This document shows, in pieces, positions 7,101-10,643 of a stretch of DNA of 12,939 bases. The position numbers were made by a program, and so were the translations under genes. Each line of letters starts with the position of its first letter. Positions within the stretch are counted from its first letter, which is position 1. The stretch covers positions 1 through 12,939 of the forward strand of contig CAZDOL010000001.1 in the NCBI GenBank assembly GCA_964507075.1, given 5' to 3'. Below the pieces are notes generated by a model, which was not told where the DNA came from, did not search any database, and saw only the letters and a list, made by a program, of their open reading frames with translations. This stretch comes from an uncultured Gammaproteobacteria bacterium (lineage in GTDB: Bacteria > Patescibacteriota > Patescibacteriia > UBA2591 > UBA6264).

Positions 7101-8416
7101 CTAATATTTTGCGCAGTTGTTTGGTCTAAATTTTCATAACCAGTTGTGCTTCCGTTCACCGAAACAATAACTCCATTACTAACAGATATTGAAACATCAT
7201 TGATTGGATTGCCAATTAAATTATCATTTGAATCTCTCTGGTATAAAGCAACTTGCACTTGTCCATTTTCCACAACAGTTGAAGCAGCAACAGCAGAAAT
7301 ATGATCCGCGCCTTGCATGCCATAATCCATCACAGTGATAGCTTTATGACCATCTGCCTCAACATAATTGGTGCTATCAGACATAACATAAACATCAAAC
7401 GAGCCGGCATTAGTGTCTTTGCAAGTCACAGTTCCTTGACCTGTTGTTCCACTCATGCTCACCAACCAATGCTGGCTATTATATTGCTGAACAACGCTAA
7501 GATCTCCGCCAACAGACACAATACTGGCTGTGGTTGAATTTTCAAGGTCAATATATATTCCTGTTGTAGCAACATCAGTAGCAATGGTGCTCCCCTCAGT
7601 ATCAACCTGATCAATAGTTAGAGTGATTGGCGCGCCCGGACCAGTGCTAGCATTACTTGAATTAGTAACTTTTATATTATTCGCGGCTGTTAAAGTCGGT
7701 GATTTGATTACTGTGTCATCCATAGTATGATAATTGTCCCAACTCTTAAACACGCCCTCGCCCGCATTATAGACATTAGCAGTCCCGCCAGTACTTACTT
7801 TTGCATTATCCAAAACAGTTAAGGCAGCGCCAACCTGATAAGCGACGATTACTGCATCAGTAGAAGTGACATTGTCGCTCGTAGATATATAAACACCTTC
7901 GCCTATTTCATAAATTGGATTATTGCCAATATTGGTAGTGACCTTAGCATTATTCAATGTTTCCAAACTAGCGCCAACAACAAGTTCTTCTCTTAAGGCA
8001 GGAGTTTCGCTCCAATCCAAATATGTATCTCCATCTGAATCTAAAACAGTATTAGCGTCAATATAAAAACCCTCTCCAGACGCCCAATTAGCATCTCCGC
8101 CAGTTATCTTGGGATTAGCCAAAGCATATAAATCGTTTCCAATATCGCTATCTTCGCTCGTTACTACGCTCCCTACATTCAATCCTATTGGTGGAGCAAT
8201 TCGCACGTCATCTATTGAGACAACTGAATCTGCATCAGCGTCCAGATATATAAACTCAATATCTCTTTCCCAGACATCTGTCGCTCCGCCAGTATCTATT
8301 TTAAAATGGTCAACCGTTCCTGATGCATTAGCTGGTAAAGCAACAATTGGACTCAATGGTAAAATTATAACACTTATCATTGTTATAATTGATAAAAACT
8401 TTTTTGAATCTTTCAT
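1103..8416 (-). CDS. Giant secreted multi-domain surface protein (2,437 aa), adhesin or S-layer-like, with Ig-like modules and a carboxypeptidase-regulatory-like (CarboxypepD_reg) repeat array
   Basis: Uninterrupted 7,314-nt ORF. N-terminal signal peptide with an A-N-A/S cleavage motif. Composition is very rich in Thr/Ser/Gly/Asn/Val, with almost no Cys and few Lys/Arg. Domain motifs recognised by eye are listed in the sub-features below. No C-terminal TM helix, LPXTG or lipobox. Confidence 0.95.
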   Translation of the reverse strand: MKDSKKFLSIITMISVIILPLSPIVALPANASGTVDHFKIDTGGATDVWERDIEFIYLDADADSVVSIDDVRIAPPIGLNVGSVVTSEDSDIGNDLYALANPKITGGDANWASGEGFYIDANTVLDSDGDTYLDWSETPALREELVVGASLETLNNAKVTTNIGNNPIYEIGEGVYISTSDNVTSTDAVIVAYQVGAALTVLDNAKVSTGGTANVYNAGEGVFKSWDNYHTMDDTVIKSPTLTAANNIKVTNSSNASTGPGAPITLTIDQVDTEGSTIATDVATTGIYIDLENSTTASIVSVGGDLSVVQQYNSQHWLVSMSGTTGQGTVTCKDTNAGSFDVYVMSDSTNYVEADGHKAITVMDYGMQGADHISAVAASTVVENGQVQVALYQRDSNDNLIGNPINDVSISVSNGVIVSVNGSTTGYENLDQTTAQNISLNNGEGVVVVKATGAIDSIVTVTPNSGSVTAGNDITSQTTIVAPTTLAIVGYGPMNGDVNVPSFAPIDFFFNTEPSGSFPLTNTSTSNFSIVDGDGVAVTGQWSSGNHSWSGNTEYFVSFNATSGFSDSMNYTASVKKTIVSNTSLDSFMPALTSTELVYSFSFATGSGGGNYTAPPDGGGPGGMMGGWMPGMDNQFTGDMGGSFPPMAFLDYPMPNSWDVPTNVSAIIVGFDRPMDTTTFANNIYIKKMVSGSESAILPSGTVTLTPSADNRSATITGYTYEANSEYRVIVTRDVRDSNNEQLAGMPEGGGFGFGFGNMGSFKESFNTGSGSVTINASLTGSNLDAYMSGGLMTGVPTGFEIRANFDNTLNPATVNTTNVTLKKNNTLNIGGTVNYNAMDGNSIKFMPNTVLLPNTSYTFAISTAVKSISGQAITAVSKTFTTGAADTTDPQVVWADADNYGLFIQFDESLVTSTAESGGNYTLKTCVTSGCDASAGTQQNLQSGVNFHYESMNNEVMVDGLTLTPGHGFYIEVSTGVTDLSGNGVATGFKSWSGVVMDGANFAGGQGMFNMGSMGFEDFNMGSMGMEPINVMPMNQMAGATSVYFVDVPINTAIPANGTLELQFPAGFNISGAKQDQYSPMNADFNGPGPGTVTFASADPTGTGVAAGGTPNDGIGVAVGARKVIIKLSVATQSKDFLSLDLDGIINSSEPKGFETSGYQVNIQTKDSSGALIEAMTSMPFFLSGAGTNTISGTVKTGVTGLNGVRVFLGSPMTGPMEALTSLNGAVDLVAGNNAGEYKFENLPAGNYQMWTEPMFTVGSADYYGQDWPEPIYVSGGETKNFTVQEASSDNGATVTVTITGTVTNNAPANLGFNDSIDIFAGSPRGFVVKTLTRVELIAHIADSSANPITLYLPQTGDWNVGMGPAMPKGPMMSAMPEIDWLPSQPTNLMVTNSPWLANPSTVGFSFASADKTITGHVLDGSANAVANAEVFANSPNGGGMGSHTKTKSDGAYTLNVAEGSYIVGAFLPGMPSSQEISVVVTSSAVYASGSPTATTNVILKVAKPDYTITGRVTDGTNIISNAAVWAHRTDGPGHADGRTDSTGNYTIYVGAGTWQLEANAPSYGYLGSKTLTVSTESLTGQNFSPSSDLGSISGTIDIPGTSDDSGIMVHAWGPGGGNETKTGSDGTYKINYLPYATYTVEAFIPGIGNLASLTVVVDGDETGKNLTVAQPRTITVTLNSSVNGDSFVDFFSTSGIGNGLKIPSGETSRKIQLPDGVYYINAFMPGVNFDAITITSDGYSASTKQLTVNGDESITITLPTLYAISGQVKVGGTGVNDAWVWVQNDSTKEYFGVATSNDGNSDGMYSLNAPNGTYKMGVDKPGYISVPQEVVLNGANQSSINFSLTANDRTIIGTVTDGANPVANARIWAEKTGGGWSGTETDPDGTYILSVTSGTWSIKAVAKGYAEATALSANTSSGNITGKNFSLTLLTGAAKLKNPISQPLTPSAGGTIKNTSMGINIVVPPQALGSGSSSGQFSVSETNSIPSTTSSKPLSGKGKSITALDENGNPITQLNGDIEITMEYTTSTLAVDEIDTLTEQKKMSMGYWDNSTNNWVNVPTTMTYYSGDTIVEVDAVLADMSNISEVKFKASVNHLTTFAAIIPQTVTIASAGTPGSTTSTSGSAPYVGPTNISISINNGGLTTDSRNVFLSLSAVDAVKMIISNSSDFSQSVWQDYATSMSWVLSDGDGEKIVYVKYMDASSNQSSLVSDSIILEELTGVSAEVLIFDQDLVKIGYSSAVYLILNGQRHVFPHIAVYNSWNYSKDFSSVKTVTENDLTNFTEGDAVPFRDGSMFRGTALSLYGQSASAVFYVEDATLRPVQSGEIYQELFDDSNWELVTWVPDDLLDKFEYPLGTAITSADTHPNGCLVKYTDSSAVYLVSNGELKPFASWSALISNKYEGQKIFTIPITETYTIADAITILAESLITPVIIAGF
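1142..1741 (-). repeat. C-terminal triplicated module (aa 2226-2425), candidate wall- or cell-anchoring domain
   Basis: Three related segments are present. They are LVKIGYSSAVYLILNGQRHVFPHIAVYNSW, FRGTALSLYGQSASAVFYVEDATLRPVQSGEIYQELF and CLVKYTDSSAVYLVSNGELKPFASWSALISNKY. The shared pattern is [LV]-[VK]-x(2,6)-S-[SA]-AV[YF]-[LY]-[IV]-x-[ND]-G/A-x-[LR]-[KRH]-P/V-[FV]. Confidence 0.5.
2627..4843 (-). repeat. Array of 6 clear plus 2 degenerate CarboxypepD_reg-like domains (aa 1192-1930)
   Basis: The units start ISGTVKTGVTGLNGVRVFL, ITGHVLDGSANAVANAEVFA, ITGRVTDGTNIISNAAVWAHRTDG..TDSTGNYTIYVGAGTWQLEANAPSYG, ISGTIDIPG..TGSDGTYKINYLPYATYTVEAFIPG, ISGQVKVGGTGVNDAWVWV..SDGMYSLNAPNGTYKMGVDKPGY and IIGTVTDGANPVANARIWA..TDPDGTYILSVTSGTWSIKAVAKGY. 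All fit the i.G.V.d..g.p...A.v......t.Td..G.Y....l..G.Y.v.....Gy consensus. Confidence 0.7.
5340..5389. repeat. Perfect 20-nt direct repeat with 30-nt period inside the giant ORF
   Basis: CCCATTGAGCCCATATTAAA occurs at 5340-5359 and again at 5370-5389. On the coding strand this encodes FNMGSMG-FED-FNMGSMG within the third Met/Gly-rich linker. Confidence 0.9.
5417..6976 (-). other. Four Ig-like beta-sandwich modules of the SbsA-Ig/Big_5 type (aa 481-1000) separated by Gly/Met/Phe-rich linkers
   Basis: The module starts resemble the Big_5 pattern (P..g..nVp....i.i.Fs.pmd..t). Examples are GPMNGDVNVPSFAPIDFFF, PMPNSWDVPTNVSAIIVGFDRPMDTTTFANNIYI, TGVPTGFEIRANFDNTLNPATVNTTNVTL and DTTDPQVVWADADNYGLFIQFDESL. 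Assignment is by motif only. Confidence 0.5.
6149..6166. repeat. (GAAGCC)x3 hexanucleotide tandem repeat inside the giant ORF
   Basis: GAAGCCGAAGCCGAAGCC encodes GFGFGF on the coding strand, within the linker GMPEGGGFGFGFGNMGSF. In-frame, so copy-number slippage would only change linker length. Confidence 0.9.
7667..8116 (-). repeat. Three tandem ~45-55-aa protein repeats near the N-terminus (aa 101-250)
   Basis: The repeated pattern is N-x-K-[IV]-[TS]-[TG]...G-E-G-[VF]-[YF]. The instances are NPKITGGDANWASGEGFYID, NNAKVTTNIGNNPIYEIGEGVYIS and DNAKVSTGGTANVYNAGEGVFKS, followed by a further NNIKVTN. Family not recognised. Confidence 0.6.
8324..8416 (-). other. Sec signal peptide of the giant protein (aa 1-31)
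   Basis: The sequence is MKDSKKFLSIITMISVIILPLSPIVALPANA/SG. It has a basic n-region, a hydrophobic core and an AxA-type cleavage site. Confidence 0.85.
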
Positions 8417-8425
8417 AATTTTGTT

Positions 8426-8461
8426 ATTAAATATTATTAATATAATCCGTCAAAGACGGAT
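8426..8461 (-). promoter_or_regulatory. Hairpin plus possible proximal promoter immediately upstream of the giant ORF start
   Basis: A 7-bp stem hairpin ATCCGTC-AAA-GACGGAT lies at 8445-8461. On the minus strand TTGACG (8448-8453), a 16-nt spacer and TTTAAT (8426-8431) would place a transcription start only 2-3 nt before the ATG, giving a leaderless-type mRNA. No SD is visible: the 30 nt before the ATG are pure A/T apart from one C. Confidence 0.25.
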
Positions 8462-8517
8462 GCTCTAAATTCTTGCAAAATTTTCTACGCTTTTGCTTGA
8501 AAACTTTGAGAATTTAA

Positions 8518-8555
8518 GCAAAATAAAAAACCCTCCCTTTATTTCAAAGAAGGTT
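8518..8555 (-). terminator. Terminator-like or attenuator hairpin within the leader of the giant gene
   Basis: The minus strand reads AACCTTCTTT-GAAATAA-AGGGAGGGTT followed by TTTTATTTTG. The stem is about 10 bp and includes 3 G-U pairs, followed by a U-rich tract. The left arm and loop are the last codons and stop of the mini-ORF at 8539-8589. Confidence 0.4.
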
Positions 8556-8589
8556 CTATAAGAGTTAAATGACATATTTTAACACCCAT
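8539..8589 (-). promoter_or_regulatory. Candidate 16-codon leader mini-ORF (MGVKICHLTLIEPSLK)
   Basis: The ORF is ATG GGT GTT AAA ATA TGT CAT TTA ACT CTT ATA GAA CCT TCT TTG AAA TAA. It starts 7 nt after the TATAAT box at 8597-8602, so it would be nearly leaderless. It ends inside the terminator-like hairpin loop. Coding status unproven. Confidence 0.2.
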
Positions 8590-8596
8590 AACTTGA

Positions 8597-8625
8597 ATTA
8601 TATCACTAATTTTTAACTTTGTCAG
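8597..8625 (-). promoter_or_regulatory. Near-consensus sigma-70 promoter with extended -10, upstream of the giant gene
   Basis: The minus strand has CTGACA (8620-8625), a 17-nt spacer, then TGaTATAAT, a perfect -10 at 8597-8602 with the TG extension. This is the best promoter match in the window and lies about 180 nt upstream of the giant ORF ATG. Confidence 0.55.
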
Positions 8626-8637
8626 CCAAACCCTGTG

Positions 8638-8746
8638 CATAACCCATAACCTCATGACCAACCTCATGACCAACCCGTCGGGTCAACCGCAGATTCAACC
8701 TTGACGACCAACCCTTTTATGACCAACCCGACGGGTTAGTCTTTTT
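8638..8746. repeat. Palindromic-unit mosaic B (REP/BIME-like) between the last GT2 gene and the giant-gene promoter
   Basis: Contains tandem CATAACC x2 (8638-8651) and tandem TCATGACCAACC x2 (8652-8675). The core ACCCGTCGGGT lies at 8673-8683 and ACCCGACGGGT at 8726-8736. Positions 8673-8741 form a direct copy of 963-1016, matching at 49 of 54 positions with a 15-nt internal duplication TTTTATGACCAACCC at 8715-8729. The hairpin GACCAACCC-GAC-GGGTTAGTC (one mismatch) is followed by TTTTT. Confidence 0.75.
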
Positions 8747-8747
8747 A

Positions 8748-9536
8748 TTATCTCCATTTCCAGAAGTATTTTATGGCACTTTGGATATGAATCCATATTA
8801 TTTTAGAAAATAAAGAAGGTAAAGCCGAGCGCATATTTGATAGACGCTGATGTGCATGAATTATTTGCGCAGTCGGTAAATATATAACTTTCCTTCCCTC
8901 TTGCCAAACCTTGCGGGCTAAATCTACATCATCAAAATATAAAAAATATCTTTCATCAAAGCCTCCAATTTTTTCAAAAAAATCTTTCTTGAGCATTAAA
9001 GCAGCTCCTATCATCCAATCAACTTCTTTTTCTTTTCTATGATCATAGTCGTACATTAAATATTTTTTGAGCTTGTTCTTTAATAAAGGTAATCCTCCAA
9101 AAAAAGTTCTCCTTAAAAAGGGAGTATACCAATGAGGAAAACGACAACAAGAATGTTGAACAGTATGGTCTAAATTCAATAATTGCGGACCCACCATACC
9201 AACTTCTTGATGACTATTTAAATAAGAGTAAAGCTTTTCAATAGCTCCTGGCAGGATGATAATATCTGGATTACAAATAAAAATATAATCTCCTTGAGCC
9301 AATTTAACTGCCTGATTGTTGCCAGTGGCATAACCAGAATTATGATTATTAAAAACCACTTGCGTTTTAACTGGAGCTAAGTTAAGTTGAGATAAAAATT
9401 CCCTACTTTTGTCTTGTGAGTTATTATCAATCACAATAAGCTCATAATCTATTTTGATTTGAGCGCTTAAAATGCTTTTCAGACATTTCTCAAGAAGATT
9501 AACATTATTATAATTTAGGACGATAATAGACAACAT
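8748..9536 (-). CDS. Family 2 glycosyltransferase (rhamnosyltransferase-like GT2), 262 aa
   Basis: The N-terminus LSIIVLNYNNVNLLEKCLKSILSA...YELIVIDNNSQD has the GT-A fold signature. Also present are NSGYATGNNQA, the NPD (DxD-equivalent) motif and FDDVDLARKVWQEGRKVIYLPTAQIIH, typical of WbbL/RfbF-like GT2 enzymes. Confidence 0.9.
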   Translation of the reverse strand: MLSIIVLNYNNVNLLEKCLKSILSAQIKIDYELIVIDNNSQDKSREFLSQLNLAPVKTQVVFNNHNSGYATGNNQAVKLAQGDYIFICNPDIIILPGAIEKLYSYLNSHQEVGMVGPQLLNLDHTVQHSCCRFPHWYTPFLRRTFFGGLPLLKNKLKKYLMYDYDHRKEKEVDWMIGAALMLKKDFFEKIGGFDERYFLYFDDVDLARKVWQEGRKVIYLPTAQIIHAHQRLSNMRSALPSLFSKIIWIHIQSAIKYFWKWR

Positions 9537-9563
9537 ATAGTATAAAATCTCTAATTTCTAATT

Positions 9564-9583
9564 CCTGCCTGCCAGCAGGTAGG
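9564..9583 (-). other. GC-rich hairpin in the GT2-GT2 intergenic spacer
   Basis: CCTGCCTG-CCAG-CAGGTAGG forms an 8-bp stem (one G-U pair) with a tetraloop. It is strikingly GC-rich against AT-rich flanks. Confidence 0.4.
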
Positions 9584-9586
9584 CCT

Positions 9587-9613
9587 AATGACAAACCCGA
9601 CGGGTTTGTCATT
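9587..9613 (-). terminator. Palindromic unit forming a 12-bp-stem hairpin that overlaps the stop codon of the upstream GT2 (terminator-like)
   Basis: The sequence is AATGACAAACCC-GAC-GGGTTTGTCATT. The right arm includes the TAA stop (9614-9612) of ORF 9612..10643. There is no clean U-tract on the minus strand, so it may act as an RNA stabiliser or partial terminator rather than a canonical terminator. Confidence 0.45.
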
Positions 9614-10643
9614 ATACAAACCATTTATTAATTTTTTCTGGACTAGCTTTTGCTTTTCTCATAATATATTTTCTTTTGCGAATAATTTTAAAAAACTTTT
9701 TCCAGAAAGAAAAACCGCTCTGAAATAAAATTTTGGGCTGAGTAAAAAACAAATATGTTTTTTTAAGCGCCAAATAAACAAAAATATGACCTATATTTCG
9801 CCAAAAAATTGATGAATGAATATTTTTAATTAACATCCAAAGATGATTACGGAAAGAATAAAAATTTATCAAAGGAGATTGACAAAATCGTTTAGATTTG
9901 GGAGCTCCTGCGCGAAAATGATAAGCTTTAACTTCAGGAACATAAACATTTTTCCAGTTACGTAAATTTAAACGCCAAGCCAAGTCAACGTCCTCCTTAT
10001 AAGCGAAAAAGTCATCATCAAAATATTCATATCCCTTACTTCTGGGAATTTTAACATCTTCTAATGCTTTGCGACGATACAAAACGCAAGCACCAGAAAG
10101 GCCAAAAACATCATTTTCTTTGTCGTATTGCCCCTTGTCCTCTTCTCCTTCCCCTCGGTCGATTGTTTGTCCTGATTTTTTAATTAAAAGACCAGTACTA
10201 TCAATAATATCTGTCTTAATGCCCTTTACCTTTGTTTCTGAATTATTAAATTTCATTTTTAATAACTTGCCCGAGCAACTACCAATACGATGGTTGGTTT
10301 CCATCGTTGCTATCAATTTCTTTAAAAAATCTGGTTCTAAAACAACATCTGGATTCATTACTAAAATAAAATCTGATTGGCTAATATTAAAACCCTGATT
10401 GTGTGCGGGGGCAAAGCCTAAATTATGAACATTTTTCAAAATAAACAAATTTTTAAAAGATGAATATTTCTCTTTAACAAATTCAATGGTTTTGTCAGTG
10501 GAAGCATTGTCAATAATTAAAATTGAAAAATCTTTATAAGTTTGAGCAAAAACTGAATCAAGACAATTCTCTATAAAAAAACGACTATTCCAAGTAACAA
10601 TTTGAATCAATATTTTAGAGCTTCTCTTCTTTTTTGGATTCAT
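9612..10643 (-). CDS. Family 2 glycosyltransferase, 343 aa
   Basis: The motifs ILIQIVTWNSRFFIENCLDSVFAQTYKDFSILIIDNASTD, NLGFAPAHNQG, MNPD and YKEDVDLAWRLNLRNWKNVYVPEVKAYH are all present. The annotated ATG overlaps the upstream gene by 29 nt. An internal TTG around the ILIQ segment is an alternative start. Confidence 0.9.
   Translation of the reverse strand: MNPKKKRSSKILIQIVTWNSRFFIENCLDSVFAQTYKDFSILIIDNASTDKTIEFVKEKYSSFKNLFILKNVHNLGFAPAHNQGFNISQSDFILVMNPDVVLEPDFLKKLIATMETNHRIGSCSGKLLKMKFNNSETKVKGIKTDIIDSTGLLIKKSGQTIDRGEGEEDKGQYDKENDVFGLSGACVLYRRKALEDVKIPRSKGYEYFDDDFFAYKEDVDLAWRLNLRNWKNVYVPEVKAYHFRAGAPKSKRFCQSPLINFYSFRNHLWMLIKNIHSSIFWRNIGHIFVYLALKKTYLFFTQPKILFQSGFSFWKKFFKIIRKRKYIMRKAKASPEKINKWFV

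Noticed and set aside
2277-7537. Twelve 60-94-aa ORFs in the track that lie inside the giant gene, on the plus strand or in other minus-strand frames (2277..2516, 2629..2826, 2890..3165, 2900..3139, 3318..3509, 4082..4264, 4113..4397, 4522..4725, 4674..4925, 5019..5228, 5325..5507, 5737..5925, 7301..7537)
   Set aside because: All are fully nested in the 7.3-kb ORF, which has clear protein-domain signatures. Their translations are low-complexity mirror images of Thr/Ser/Gly/Val codons, have no start signals and match no recognisable family. They are by-products of a long stop-free region.
8109-8468. Plus-strand 119-aa ORF overlapping the start of the giant gene
   Set aside because: It is antisense to the signal peptide and N-terminal coding region of the giant ORF and continues into its AT-rich leader. 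It has no independent signals.
8461-8535. 18-codon ORF (TTG start, MLKFSKFSSKSVENFARI) 10 nt downstream of the SD-like AAAGGGAGGG
   Set aside because: The SD-like string is better explained as the right arm of the terminator-like hairpin. The ORF has a non-ATG start at the long end of the spacing range and encodes a low-complexity peptide. It cannot be supported from sequence alone.
955-8746. Giant gene as a mobile element or genomic island bounded by repeats
   Set aside because: There is no transposase, integrase or recombinase in the window. The flanking repeats are explained by fragments of one palindromic unit family. This is kept only as a testable hypothesis in the findings, not called as a mobile_element feature.
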